Positions 1-8,313 are shown, numbered from the stretch's first letter. The stretch is 34,061 bases of DNA from Caldisericota bacterium (GCA_026390215.1 JAPLGJ010000190.1:1-34061); one strand, 5' to 3'. Notes: generated from the sequence alone by a model not told the origin. Translations and numbers: made by a program.

Positions 1-597
1 GGTGCGCAGATCATTGTCAGCGGCGGCGACACGATGAATCCGCCGACTGAGGCGTTCCTGGGTCCCATCAAGGCGTGCAAGGCCAAGTCTTTCATCGTCT
101 TCCCAAACAACAAGAACATCATCATGGCCGCACAACAGGCCGCCGGTCTCATCGACAAGGACGTGCAGGTGCTGAATGCTCGCCACCCGGTTCAGGCTAT
201 CAGCGCGCTGGTCCAGCTGGCTTCCTGTGGTCCCGATGAGGACTGTATGGCAATCGCGAACCAGGCTATCGATGCGACAGACTTCTTTGCGGTCACGCGT
301 GCGACCAAGGATGCTACGGTTGCCGGCATGCTTGTCCACGAGGGCGACCACATGCTGCTCGTGGATGACAAGCTGGTGGGGATTGGACAGTCGGTCGATG
401 ACGCACTGGCGCACCTCAGCGAGTCCCCTATCGCCTGGGACGACAAGTCTCTGGTGTCGGCGTACCGGGGCGTCGACGTTGCTGAAGCGTCATTCGATGA
501 GCTTGTTGCGACGTTGACCCGACAATTCCCTGACCTTGAGATTCAGTCCTACTATGGAGGGCAGGCTTTCTACGACGTCGTGGGGTCGGTCGAGTAA
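1..597 (+). CDS. DAK2 domain fusion protein (FakA/YloV-like fatty acid kinase subunit), 5'-truncated by window edge
   Basis: Frame is open from base 1 (GAQIIVSGGDTMNP). Motifs GGxTMNP, PNNKNIIMAA and the C-terminal YGGQxxY are typical of the YloV/FakA C-terminus. Confidence 0.88.
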   Translation, partial: GAQIIVSGGDTMNPPTEAFLGPIKACKAKSFIVFPNNKNIIMAAQQAAGLIDKDVQVLNARHPVQAISALVQLASCGPDEDCMAIANQAIDATDFFAVTRATKDATVAGMLVHEGDHMLLVDDKLVGIGQSVDDALAHLSESPIAWDDKSLVSAYRGVDVAEASFDELVATLTRQFPDLEIQSYYGGQAFYDVVGSVE

Positions 598-1430
598 TGG
601 ACAGCGCTCAGCTGAGACAACAAGTGACCATGGCCGTCGAGAGCCTGATACCGCGAATCGGGCAGTCGTACGAGTTCACGGTCGTCCTCGGATCTGGTCT
701 GTTGAGCTTCGTGGAGCGGATGGACGCGCGGACGATCGTTCCCTACGTCGAGATTCCGGGGTTCCCTGTGTCGACGGTCAAGGGACACGCCAGCAAGATT
801 GTCGCGGGGAACATCGGCGGGCACAGAGTGTTGTGTTTTGCGGGCCGCTTTCACTACTATGAGGGGTACGATGCTGCCACGGTGACGATCCCCGTCCGGG
901 TCGCCCAGGCTCTCGGGGTCCATACCGCCCTTTTCACGAATGCTGCGGGCGGCATTGCGGATCGCCTGCGACTGGGGGACCTCATGGTCATCGAAGACCA
1001 TCTCAACCTGCTTACGGCGGACAGCCCGCTTCGAGGTCTCGCAGATGACGTCTTCGGCTCCAAATTCGTGAACATGTATACGGCGTATGACCCCACGGTC
1101 ACCCGGGCGCTCAAGTCGGTAGGCGAGCGTCGTTCCTTGCCGATGGCGTCCGGCATCTATGCAGCACTGTCCGGGCCACAGTTCGAAACCCGTGCGGAGA
1201 TTCGCATGCTGCGGACCCTGGGAGCGGACGCGGTCGGCATGTCGACGATTCCCGAGGTGATTGTGGCAAACCAGGCAGGCATGCGCGTTGGCGCTGTCTC
1301 GGTTATTACCGATCTTGCGACCGATACGGTCACCGAGCTGAGTCATGACCAGGTACTCGCCACGGCGAGACGTGCCGACGAATACTTGGCAGAGCTGCTT
1401 ACTGGTGTCATCGAGGGGACCGAGTGCTGA
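597..1430 (+). CDS. punA: Purine-nucleoside phosphorylase (trimeric, PunA/XapA type)
   Basis: Motifs VLGSGL, GRFHYYEG, TNAAGG, GPQFETRAE, GADAVGMST. Confidence 0.93.
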   Translation: MDSAQLRQQVTMAVESLIPRIGQSYEFTVVLGSGLLSFVERMDARTIVPYVEIPGFPVSTVKGHASKIVAGNIGGHRVLCFAGRFHYYEGYDAATVTIPVRVAQALGVHTALFTNAAGGIADRLRLGDLMVIEDHLNLLTADSPLRGLADDVFGSKFVNMYTAYDPTVTRALKSVGERRSLPMASGIYAALSGPQFETRAEIRMLRTLGADAVGMSTIPEVIVANQAGMRVGAVSVITDLATDTVTELSHDQVLATARRADEYLAELLTGVIEGTEC

Positions 1431-2770
1431 GCAGGAACTTCGCAGAACTCATCGAGAAGAAGAAGTCCGGCGGCGAGCTCTTGGAAGAAGAGATCTCGTG
1501 GTGGATCGATGGCCTTGTGAGTGGCTCCATCCCCGACTACCAGACATCTGCAATGCTCATGGCCATCTATTTCAGGGGGATGAATCCTCATGAGACTGCC
1601 TGGCTGACGCATTGCATCAGCATAAGTGGAGACATCATCGACCTCTCTTCCCTGCGTGGAGTGAAATGTGACAAGCACTCATCGGGGGGCGTCGCCGACA
1701 CCGTGTCCATACCCCTCATTGCTATTGCCACAAGCTGTGGCGCCGTGATGCCCAAAATGTCGGGAAGGGGACTCGGCCATTCCGGTGGGACAATCGACAA
1801 GCTTGAGTCGATTCCGGGTTTCGACGTCAACTTGACGCCTCTGGCGTTCGCGGACGTCGTCAACCGTTTTGGTGGAGCCATCATGGCTCAGACCGGCGAT
1901 GTAGCCGTCGCCGACAAGAAGCTATACGCTCTCCGTGACGTGACAGCGACGGTGGATTCGGTGCCTCTCATCGCATCCAGCATCATGGGCAAGAAGCTTG
2001 CCTCAGGGACGGACGTGATCGTCCTCGATGTGAAGTGGGGTTCGGGTGCATTCATGACAAGCACATTGGAGGCCATCGAACTGGCGAAGACCATGGTTGG
2101 CATAGGAGAGGACAACGGCAAGACGACCGTGGCCTATGTGACGGATATGAATGAGCCGCTGGGCAACGCAGTAGGCAATGCCCTCGAGATCGTCGAGGCC
2201 GTCCAGGTCCTGAAGGGGCATGGGCCAGCCAAATTGGTCGATGTCATCCTGACGCTGTGCGACGAAGTCCTCATGCAAAGTGGAGTCGCTCACAAGCGCG
2301 AGGACGCCAGAACAATGGCGATCGACGCCATCGCCAGCGGGAACGCGCTGCAGCGCTTCGCAGATATCGTGAAGGCGCAGGGAGGCGATCCGGCATTCAT
2401 CGACCGGCCCGAGGTTTTGCCACAGGCGGCAGTCACGCGTCCGGTCTATGCTCCTTGCGGTGGATTCGTCACGAGCATTGATGCAAAAGGCATCGGGCTG
2501 GCTGCCATGCACCTTGGTGCAGGACGCCGAACGAAGGAAGACGTCATCGATCTAGCCGTCGGCCTGGTCCTGGACGTCAAGACTGGCGATGCCGTCAGCG
2601 CCGGGCACCAGATCGCGACCGTCTACGCACGCACGGAGGGTGACGCAGCTACGTGCGAGCAGGAGATCCTGCGAGCGACCGTCGTCGGGCAAGCGTCCGT
2701 CCCTCGGTGGCAGACCGTCGTGGCAAAGATCAGTCGTGCGGACGGTGTGGTGACGTACGAGCAGTCGTGA
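1424..2770 (+). CDS. pdp: Pyrimidine-nucleoside/thymidine phosphorylase
   Basis: Motifs DKHSSGGVAD, KMSGRGLGHSGGTIDKLESIPGF, ADKKLYALRDVTATV, SSIMGKK, LDVKWGSGAFM, LGAGR. Confidence 0.95.
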   Translation: MLSRNFAELIEKKKSGGELLEEEISWWIDGLVSGSIPDYQTSAMLMAIYFRGMNPHETAWLTHCISISGDIIDLSSLRGVKCDKHSSGGVADTVSIPLIAIATSCGAVMPKMSGRGLGHSGGTIDKLESIPGFDVNLTPLAFADVVNRFGGAIMAQTGDVAVADKKLYALRDVTATVDSVPLIASSIMGKKLASGTDVIVLDVKWGSGAFMTSTLEAIELAKTMVGIGEDNGKTTVAYVTDMNEPLGNAVGNALEIVEAVQVLKGHGPAKLVDVILTLCDEVLMQSGVAHKREDARTMAIDAIASGNALQRFADIVKAQGGDPAFIDRPEVLPQAAVTRPVYAPCGGFVTSIDAKGIGLAAMHLGAGRRTKEDVIDLAVGLVLDVKTGDAVSAGHQIATVYARTEGDAATCEQEILRATVVGQASVPRWQTVVAKISRADGVVTYEQS

Positions 2771-5373
2771 AAACGGTCATTCTTGGCCACGCGGGTGCGG
2801 ACTTTGATTGTGTAGCCTCAATGGCCGGGCTCTCTCGGCTGTATGCCGGGGCCGTCCCAGTGTTGCCCGGATCCCTCGAACCGAACGTTGAGGAGTTTCT
2901 GCGGCTGTACGAGGGACGTTTTCGTTTTGTACGCATGCCTGCACCTGTCTTGCTGAAAGAAGACATCGAAACGGTCGTCATTGCTGACACGATCGTCGCA
3001 TCCCGTCTCGGTGAGTACAAAGAGGTCCTCTCGCTCCCTGGGATCAGGCTGGTCGCCTATGACCATCATGAACCAAACTCAGCGAGCCTGGCACATATTG
3101 ACGAGGGGCATATCCGGAAGTGTGGAGCGACCGCGTCGCTTGTGACCGCTGCGCTCCGTGAACGGCTGGTTCCCGTGAATCCGGACGAGGCGACACTCCT
3201 TGCCCTTGGCATCTACGAGGACACGGGCTCCCTGCTGTTTCCCGAGACGACAGCGTTCGACGTCGAACAGGCGGCGTATCTGCTCAAGGCTGGGGCAAGC
3301 CTCTCCATGGTCGCCCGCTATGTCACGACCTACCTGGTCCCGGATCAGCAAACGGCCCTCGAGAACGCGCTGAGCAATGCACAGGTCAGGACAGTGGCTG
3401 GAGCACAGATAGCATTTTCGATCGTGCATGCAGAGCGGAACGTCGGCAACCTCTCGGTCATCGTCCACCGGCTGGCTCAGATCATCAAGGCGGAGGCGTT
3501 GTTTCTCATCTACCAGACCCCCCAGTCGCTCTACGTTCTCGGGCGCAGTGACCGCCTGCTCAACGTTGCAGAGCTGCTCGCCCCTCTGGGTGGAGCAGGC
3601 CGTATCCATGCGGCAGCATCCATCCTGCGAGACGGGACATCTGCTGAGACTGCACAGGAACACATTATATCAGCGATAGCCGCGAGGCGTACCCAGTGGC
3701 GTCAGGTCGTGCGCGATATCATGACCCCCCATCCCGCGACAGTCTCCCAGGACCGGGTTGCCGAGGAAGCCTTGCAGATCATGGTCAATCTTGGGTTCTC
3801 AGTCCTGCCGGTCGAACGCGACGGCCAAGTTGTCGGCGTCGTGGCCAAGAAAGCTCTCGAGAAGACTTCCCTCATGCGCCTCCAGCAGAAGCCCGTGCAC
3901 TACTTCCTGAATACGCGCATTCCAGCCGTCCCCCTCACTGCAACCGTCGAGGAGCTCATACAGGCGTTTGGCACCTACAACACGGGCCTCCTTCTGGTCA
4001 TGGAACAGGAGCACCTTCTGGGGGTGGTGTCGAGGTCCGACGTCCTCCGCTACCTCAATAGCACCGCACATCCACAGAGCGTCGTGGGTGCAACAGGCGG
4101 TCGGGTCATCGCGCGTTCCGACCTCGATCGCCTGGGAGGAAGCGATACTGCAGCGATACTGGCCACAATCGGTCAGATAGGGGATGCCGAGGAAAACCGG
4201 GCCTATCTGGTCGGTGGCTCAGTACGCGACGTCCTCCTCGGCAGGCCTCCCAACGACGTTGACATCGTTACGGAGAAGGACGTCTCAGGCGTTGCCGCGG
4301 CAGTCGCGGCCTCCTTCGGAACCAACGTGATCTCGTATGGGCGCTTCATGACGCACAAGGTTCGCATCCGGGGTCGGGAGTACGACTTTGCCGCCGCTCG
4401 CCTCGAGTACTACGACTTTCCAGGCTCGCTGCCCACGGTCGCTCCTGCAACACTGATAAAGGATCTGCTGAGAAGAGACTTCACGGTGAATGCTCTTGCC
4501 ATGTCTCTCTCAGAAAGCGATTTCGGCACGATCATCGACGCCACCGGAGGGCTCAAGGACCTCGACGCCCGGATCATCCGGATGACCTACGCCGACAGCT
4601 TCATCGAAGACCCAGCGCGGATACTGCGTGCCGTGGCAGCCCAGACACGGCTAAGCTTCATCCTCGAGGACGGCACCCGGGACAAGGCGAGGGAGGCCCT
4701 GGAGCTCGGGCTCCTGAACGTCCGCCGCAACAGACGTGCACAGGACGAGTTCAAGGAGCTGCTCTCGGGAGGGACGGGCGTCGCATGCATTACGGCGCTT
4801 TGCTCGCTCGGATGTGGACTCATCGGGCTTCCACTGGTCCCGCCACGGGCCGCAAGACTCCGGCTCCTATCAGCCCTCGGAGATGCCCGCAAACCGGTCA
4901 TGAATGGCCTGAACGCTCCTCTCTGGGTTGCGCCGCTTCTCGTGTGGCTGGGCAACATCTCTTCGGGGGCCGTACAGGAGGTCCTCAAGGACTTCGGCCT
5001 GAGTGACCGCCTTGCGGCGGCGTTTCACTCGTGGCAGCGAAGGGAGCGTGGGATGCGCCGCCTTCTGGAGCAAGGATCATCCAAGGTGAGCGCCATAGCA
5101 GCCAAGCTCGAAGGCATTCCCTTGCCTGTGCTCTCGATCCTGGAGGCCCATCTTGCCGGATTGGAGACCAGCGGGCCCCACGACCTCCTCCTGACAGTCC
5201 TGGCAAGGATGGACAAGCCACGACTGGTCTCAGGTAAGGACGTCGTGATCCTTGGCATTCCCGAGGGACGGCGGGTGGGAATGCTTCTCGACCAAGTACG
5301 ACGCCTCCAGCTGGACGGTATCATCGGCTCCAGGGAGGAGGCTGTGGCGTATCTGTGCGCGTCGAAAGGTTGA
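2767..5373 (+). CDS. DHH-DHHA1-CBS-fused class II tRNA nucleotidyltransferase (CCA- or A-adding)
   Basis: GTG at 2767 overlaps the pdp stop (GTGA). N-terminal HxxADFD, DHH and GIYEDTG motifs, a CBS pair, then LVGGSVRD..DVDI, RRDFTVNA and EDPARILRA. Confidence 0.92.
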   Translation: MKTVILGHAGADFDCVASMAGLSRLYAGAVPVLPGSLEPNVEEFLRLYEGRFRFVRMPAPVLLKEDIETVVIADTIVASRLGEYKEVLSLPGIRLVAYDHHEPNSASLAHIDEGHIRKCGATASLVTAALRERLVPVNPDEATLLALGIYEDTGSLLFPETTAFDVEQAAYLLKAGASLSMVARYVTTYLVPDQQTALENALSNAQVRTVAGAQIAFSIVHAERNVGNLSVIVHRLAQIIKAEALFLIYQTPQSLYVLGRSDRLLNVAELLAPLGGAGRIHAAASILRDGTSAETAQEHIISAIAARRTQWRQVVRDIMTPHPATVSQDRVAEEALQIMVNLGFSVLPVERDGQVVGVVAKKALEKTSLMRLQQKPVHYFLNTRIPAVPLTATVEELIQAFGTYNTGLLLVMEQEHLLGVVSRSDVLRYLNSTAHPQSVVGATGGRVIARSDLDRLGGSDTAAILATIGQIGDAEENRAYLVGGSVRDVLLGRPPNDVDIVTEKDVSGVAAAVAASFGTNVISYGRFMTHKVRIRGREYDFAAARLEYYDFPGSLPTVAPATLIKDLLRRDFTVNALAMSLSESDFGTIIDATGGLKDLDARIIRMTYADSFIEDPARILRAVAAQTRLSFILEDGTRDKAREALELGLLNVRRNRRAQDEFKELLSGGTGVACITALCSLGCGLIGLPLVPPRAARLRLLSALGDARKPVMNGLNAPLWVAPLLVWLGNISSGAVQEVLKDFGLSDRLAAAFHSWQRRERGMRRLLEQGSSKVSAIAAKLEGIPLPVLSILEAHLAGLETSGPHDLLLTVLARMDKPRLVSGKDVVILGIPEGRRVGMLLDQVRRLQLDGIIGSREEAVAYLCASKG

Positions 5374-5397
5374 CGCACGGCCGTCCCCGCCTATAAT
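5370..5397 (+). promoter_or_regulatory. Sigma70-type promoter of tRNA-Ile2
   Basis: TTGACG-16 nt-TATAAT, about 40 nt upstream of the tRNA. The -35 overlaps the upstream stop codon. Confidence 0.75.
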
Positions 5398-5438
5398 AAG
5401 CATGGCGCAGGCCCTTTGCTGACGTGCGCACAGCGCAG

Positions 5439-5513
5439 GGGCCCATAGCTCAACGGTAGAGCAGGTGGCTCATAACCACTTGGTTCTTGGTTCGAATCCA
5501 GGTGGGCCCACCA
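5439..5513 (+). tRNA. tRNA with CAT anticodon, most likely Ile2 (lysidine-modified)
   Basis: Acceptor GGGCCCA/TGGGCCC followed by A-CCA; anticodon arm GGTGG-CTCATAA-CCACT; T-loop TTCGAAT. The paired G1-C72 excludes fMet, and the anticodon region resembles E. coli ileX. Confidence 0.9.
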
Positions 5514-5755
5514 CATACTGCAAAGCCGCTCTGAAACTGACTCTAGAGCCTTCCTTCTTCACAGATCCTCCCCGGCAACTGCCTTCGCCCGCTGTGCCGA
5601 AACCAGACTTATCCTGGCAGCCACCGGCCACAACGATCTAGCTGAGAACAAAGGTTTCCCCAGCCACTCTTGTCCGAACTGGCGCCATCGAGCCTTCGGA
5701 CTCCCCATCTCGCGCGAGCGAAACCGTTTCATGTTGTTTCTGACTGCACAAGCAG
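5514..5755 (+). repeat. ~242-bp non-coding direct repeat, copy 1
   Basis: Ungapped match to 7801-8042 (offset 2287), about 17 mismatches by manual count, with weaker similarity for about 30 bp more. Confidence 0.95.
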
Positions 5756-5780
5756 GCCCGATGCGCTTTTCCTGTTTCCC

Positions 5781-5809
5781 TTGACATTGCTGCAATTCGT
5801 TAGTACTCT
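5781..5809 (+). promoter_or_regulatory. Putative promoter of the island surface-protein gene
   Basis: TTGACA-17 nt-TACTCT. Palindrome ATTGC-T-GCAAT at 5786-5796 lies in the spacer. Confidence 0.55.
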
Positions 5810-5951
5810 AGGTAATAGGTACCCCTCCGCCGGTGGTCCGGTGAGTGATTGGTTGAACGTGGCCGTCCTGATGCGGCATTCTCGATCACATTCCTCGTGG
5901 TTCTGTAATCCCGTCCCGTTTCAACAGCCCAAGGCAAGAAGGAGGTATGGG

Positions 5952-7634
5952 GTGAAGAGGGTCTTTTGTGTGTTTCTCGTCTTTATGCTTGTACTTTCAA
6001 TCTTCTCTTTCTCGCTAACGCCCAAGAATATGATCCTTAGAGCAGATGAATCTTATCAATGGATGAGCGCAAATACTGGACTCAGAACCAACGAGATTTA
6101 CTCTTTTGCGATTGACCCTACGAATACGCAGGTGATCTATACAGGAACGTATAGCATTGGCGTATTCAAGTCAACGAACGGAGGAACTTCATGGAGTGAT
6201 GCAAATACTGGGATCACGGACTTGGATATTTGGACTCTTGCAATTGACCCAACGAATACAAGCACTGTCTATGTAACGACATGGGGTGGCGGCGTATTCA
6301 AGTCAACGAACGGAGGAACTTCATGGAGTGCTGCAAGTACTGGACTTACAGACGTGAGAGACTTGTATGTTGCATGTATTGCAATTGACCCGACAAACAC
6401 AAGCACTCTCTATGCAGCAACAAATGGTGGCGTATTCAAGTCAACGAACGGAGGAACTTCATGGAGTGCTGTAAGTGCCGGACTCACAAGCTTGCTTGTT
6501 CAATCCCTTGCAATTGACCCGACAAACACAAGCACTCTCTATGCAACAACAAATGGTGGCGGCGTATTCAAGTCGACGAACGGAGGAACTTCATGGAGTG
6601 CTGTGAATACCGGACTTGCAGACTTGAATATTGGGGTTCTTGTTATTGACCCAACAAGTACAAGCACTCTCTATGCGGCAACAACAGGACAGGGTCGTGG
6701 TGGCGGCGTATTCAAGTCGACGAACGGAGGAACTTCATGGAGTGCCATAAATGCTGGACTTCAAGGCCATTTTGATTATATCCAGCTTGCAGTTGACCCA
6801 ACAAATACGGGCATTGTCTATGCAGGAACATGGGGTGGTGGCATATTCAAGTTGACGAGCGGAGGAACCTCATGGAGTGGCATAAATGCCGGACTTAGAG
6901 GCTCCTTTGATGTCTCCGCTCTTGCAGTTGACCCGGCAAATACAGGCATTATCTATGCAGGAATATGGGGTGGTGGCATATTCAAGTATGTCCCTCAGTC
7001 TAGTATTCCCAAGTACACAATCACTTCTTCCGCCGGTTCAGGTGGCCATATCTCCCCCTCAGGTACTGTAACTGTTGAGGACAATTATTCGGAGACGTTC
7101 ACACTTATGCCTGATTCAGGATATAGGATTTCTGAGGTCAAGGTCGATGGAGTATCGAAAGGTTCTATCTCCCTGTATACCTTTTTGAACATTACCTCAA
7201 ACCATGTGATAGAGGCTCGATTTGAGAGAGAGATAGCGCAAACAGTGATTATCCTTCAGATCGGAAAGTCCAATTTCACCGTGAATGGAGTTTCAAACAC
7301 CTTAGACTCACCACCTGTCGTCAAGAACAGCAGAACACTGCTTCCAATAAGAGCAATCATTGAATCTCTTGGTGGAACAGTCTCATGGGACGCAACTGAA
7401 AGAAAGGTTACAGTATCACTTGGTTCAACGAGTATTGAACTCTGGATAGGTAAGAGCGCTGCAGAGGTGAATGGCGTGGATACCGCTATTGATTCGACTA
7501 ACTCAAAGGTTGTGCCTGAGATAGTGAATTCAAGAACTATGTTGCCTTTGAGATTTGTAACAGAGAATCTCGGCTGTGATGTGCAGTGGGATGGAACTAC
7601 GAAGACAATTACAATAACACATCAGGCACCATAG
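5952..7634 (+). CDS. Secreted BNR/Asp-box beta-propeller protein with a beta-sandwich repeat and C-terminal copper-amine-oxidase N-terminal-like (stalk) domain
   Basis: SD AGGAGGT precedes GTG 5952. Signal peptide KRVFCVFLVFMLVLSIFSF; repeats of AIDPTNTSTLYA..GGVFKSTNGGTSWS; YTITSSAGSGGHISPSG module; C-terminal PPVVKNSRTLLPIRAIIESLGG / RTMLPLRFVTENLG. Confidence 0.88.
   Translation: MKRVFCVFLVFMLVLSIFSFSLTPKNMILRADESYQWMSANTGLRTNEIYSFAIDPTNTQVIYTGTYSIGVFKSTNGGTSWSDANTGITDLDIWTLAIDPTNTSTVYVTTWGGGVFKSTNGGTSWSAASTGLTDVRDLYVACIAIDPTNTSTLYAATNGGVFKSTNGGTSWSAVSAGLTSLLVQSLAIDPTNTSTLYATTNGGGVFKSTNGGTSWSAVNTGLADLNIGVLVIDPTSTSTLYAATTGQGRGGGVFKSTNGGTSWSAINAGLQGHFDYIQLAVDPTNTGIVYAGTWGGGIFKLTSGGTSWSGINAGLRGSFDVSALAVDPANTGIIYAGIWGGGIFKYVPQSSIPKYTITSSAGSGGHISPSGTVTVEDNYSETFTLMPDSGYRISEVKVDGVSKGSISLYTFLNITSNHVIEARFEREIAQTVIILQIGKSNFTVNGVSNTLDSPPVVKNSRTLLPIRAIIESLGGTVSWDATERKVTVSLGSTSIELWIGKSAAEVNGVDTAIDSTNSKVVPEIVNSRTMLPLRFVTENLGCDVQWDGTTKTITITHQAP
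6100..6990 (+). repeat. Intragenic tandem repeats of ~132-144 bp (propeller blades), about 7 copies
   Basis: GGCGTATTCAAGTC(A/G)ACGAACGGAGGAACTTCATGGAGTG at about 6159, 6291, 6429, 6561 and 6705, with variants at about 6840 and 6975. Confidence 0.92.
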
Positions 7635-7662
7635 AGAGACTGTCAGTACAGGTCAGTATCCG

Positions 7663-7692
7663 AACCCCTTGCTGAAAGTGCAAGGGGTTTTT
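7663..7692 (+). terminator. Intrinsic terminator of the island gene
   Basis: AACCCCTTGC-TGAAAGT-GCAAGGGGTT followed by TTT. Confidence 0.85.
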
Positions 7693-7774
7693 CCATGGTT
7701 AAGCCTCATCAAATACCACCTTATAGCTTGAAAGTCGCTCAAAATCAGAAAAGAACTTGGAAATGTCATCTGTA

Positions 7775-7800
7775 CGAGGTTCGACTCCCCGCCGTTACAG
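7775..7800 (+). pseudogene. Decayed tRNA/tmRNA-like 3' fragment (T-arm)
   Basis: CGAGG-TTCGACT-CCCCG T-arm (one mismatch) directly before repeat copy 2, in the same position as the real tRNA before copy 1. Confidence 0.5.
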
Positions 7801-8042
7801 CATACTGCAAAGCCACTCTGGAACTGACTCTAGAGCCTTTCTCTTCTAAAGATCCTCCCCAGTAACTGCCTTCGCCCGCTGTGCCGAAACCAGACTTATC
7901 CTGGCAGCCACCGGCCACAACGATCTAGCTGAGAACAAAGACCTCCCCAGCCACTCTTGTCCGAACTGGCACCATCGAGCCTTCGGACTCCCCATCTCGC
8001 GCGAGCGAAACCGTTCCATGTTGTTTCGGACTGGACAAGCAG
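7801..8042 (+). repeat. ~242-bp non-coding direct repeat, copy 2
   Basis: Matches 5514-5755; both begin CATACTGCAAAGCC. Confidence 0.95.
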
Positions 8043-8303
8043 CCTGAAGGCGAGTTCCCTGTTTCTCCCCATTGCCGATAGGACTTATCAGACTAGACTA
8101 ATGTAGTAACGAGTATCGGTTCTTGGAGACTAGGGTAGTGAACGTCGGGAAGATATCCCCCTGATCCTGGAAGGTGCTATCTCTCCCTCAGTTCTGGTGC
8201 TGCTGTACGTGAGGACCCATGGCCCCTGTCGTTCGTGGATTGCTCAACAATCCTGCTGAGTTGCGACAATTCCGTGAGCAATTAGTTCCAACTGGAATCG
8301 CCC

Positions 8304-8313
8304 GGGCCCACCA
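8304..8313 (+). other. Putative att duplication of the tRNA-Ile2 3' end
   Basis: GGGCCCACCA is identical to 5504-5513 and lies just before housekeeping genes resume. Confidence 0.6.

Larger units (their letters stand above)
5514..8313. mobile_element. Small integrase-less genomic island at the tRNA-Ile2 3' end
   Basis: The tRNA end GGGCCCACCA (5504-5513) recurs at 8304-8313, preceded by GAATC. The interior gene is visibly AT-richer than the flanks. No integrase ORF is present. Confidence 0.65.

Noticed and set aside
5439-5513. tRNA-Met or fMet assignment
   Set aside because: The 1-72 pair is intact and the GGG/CCC anticodon-stem signature of fMet is absent. The sequence resembles Ile2, though elongator Met is not fully excluded.
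5559-5951. ORF 5559-5795(-) and the 5670 upstream start of the surface protein
   Set aside because: These lie in the repeat, promoter and leader region and show no recognisable motifs. The SD and signal peptide point to GTG 5952.
5952-7634. Diversity-generating retroelement target
   Set aside because: No reverse transcriptase or TR/VR pair. Repeat differences include indels and are not adenine-specific.
5514-8042. Integron attC sites or composite transposon/IS ends
   Set aside because: No RYYYAAC/GTTRRRY-bounded palindrome, no terminal inverted repeats, and no intI or transposase ORF.
8118-8126. GGTTCTTGG match to the tRNA-Ile2 interior
   Set aside because: Only 9 bp and not followed by the T-loop; likely chance.
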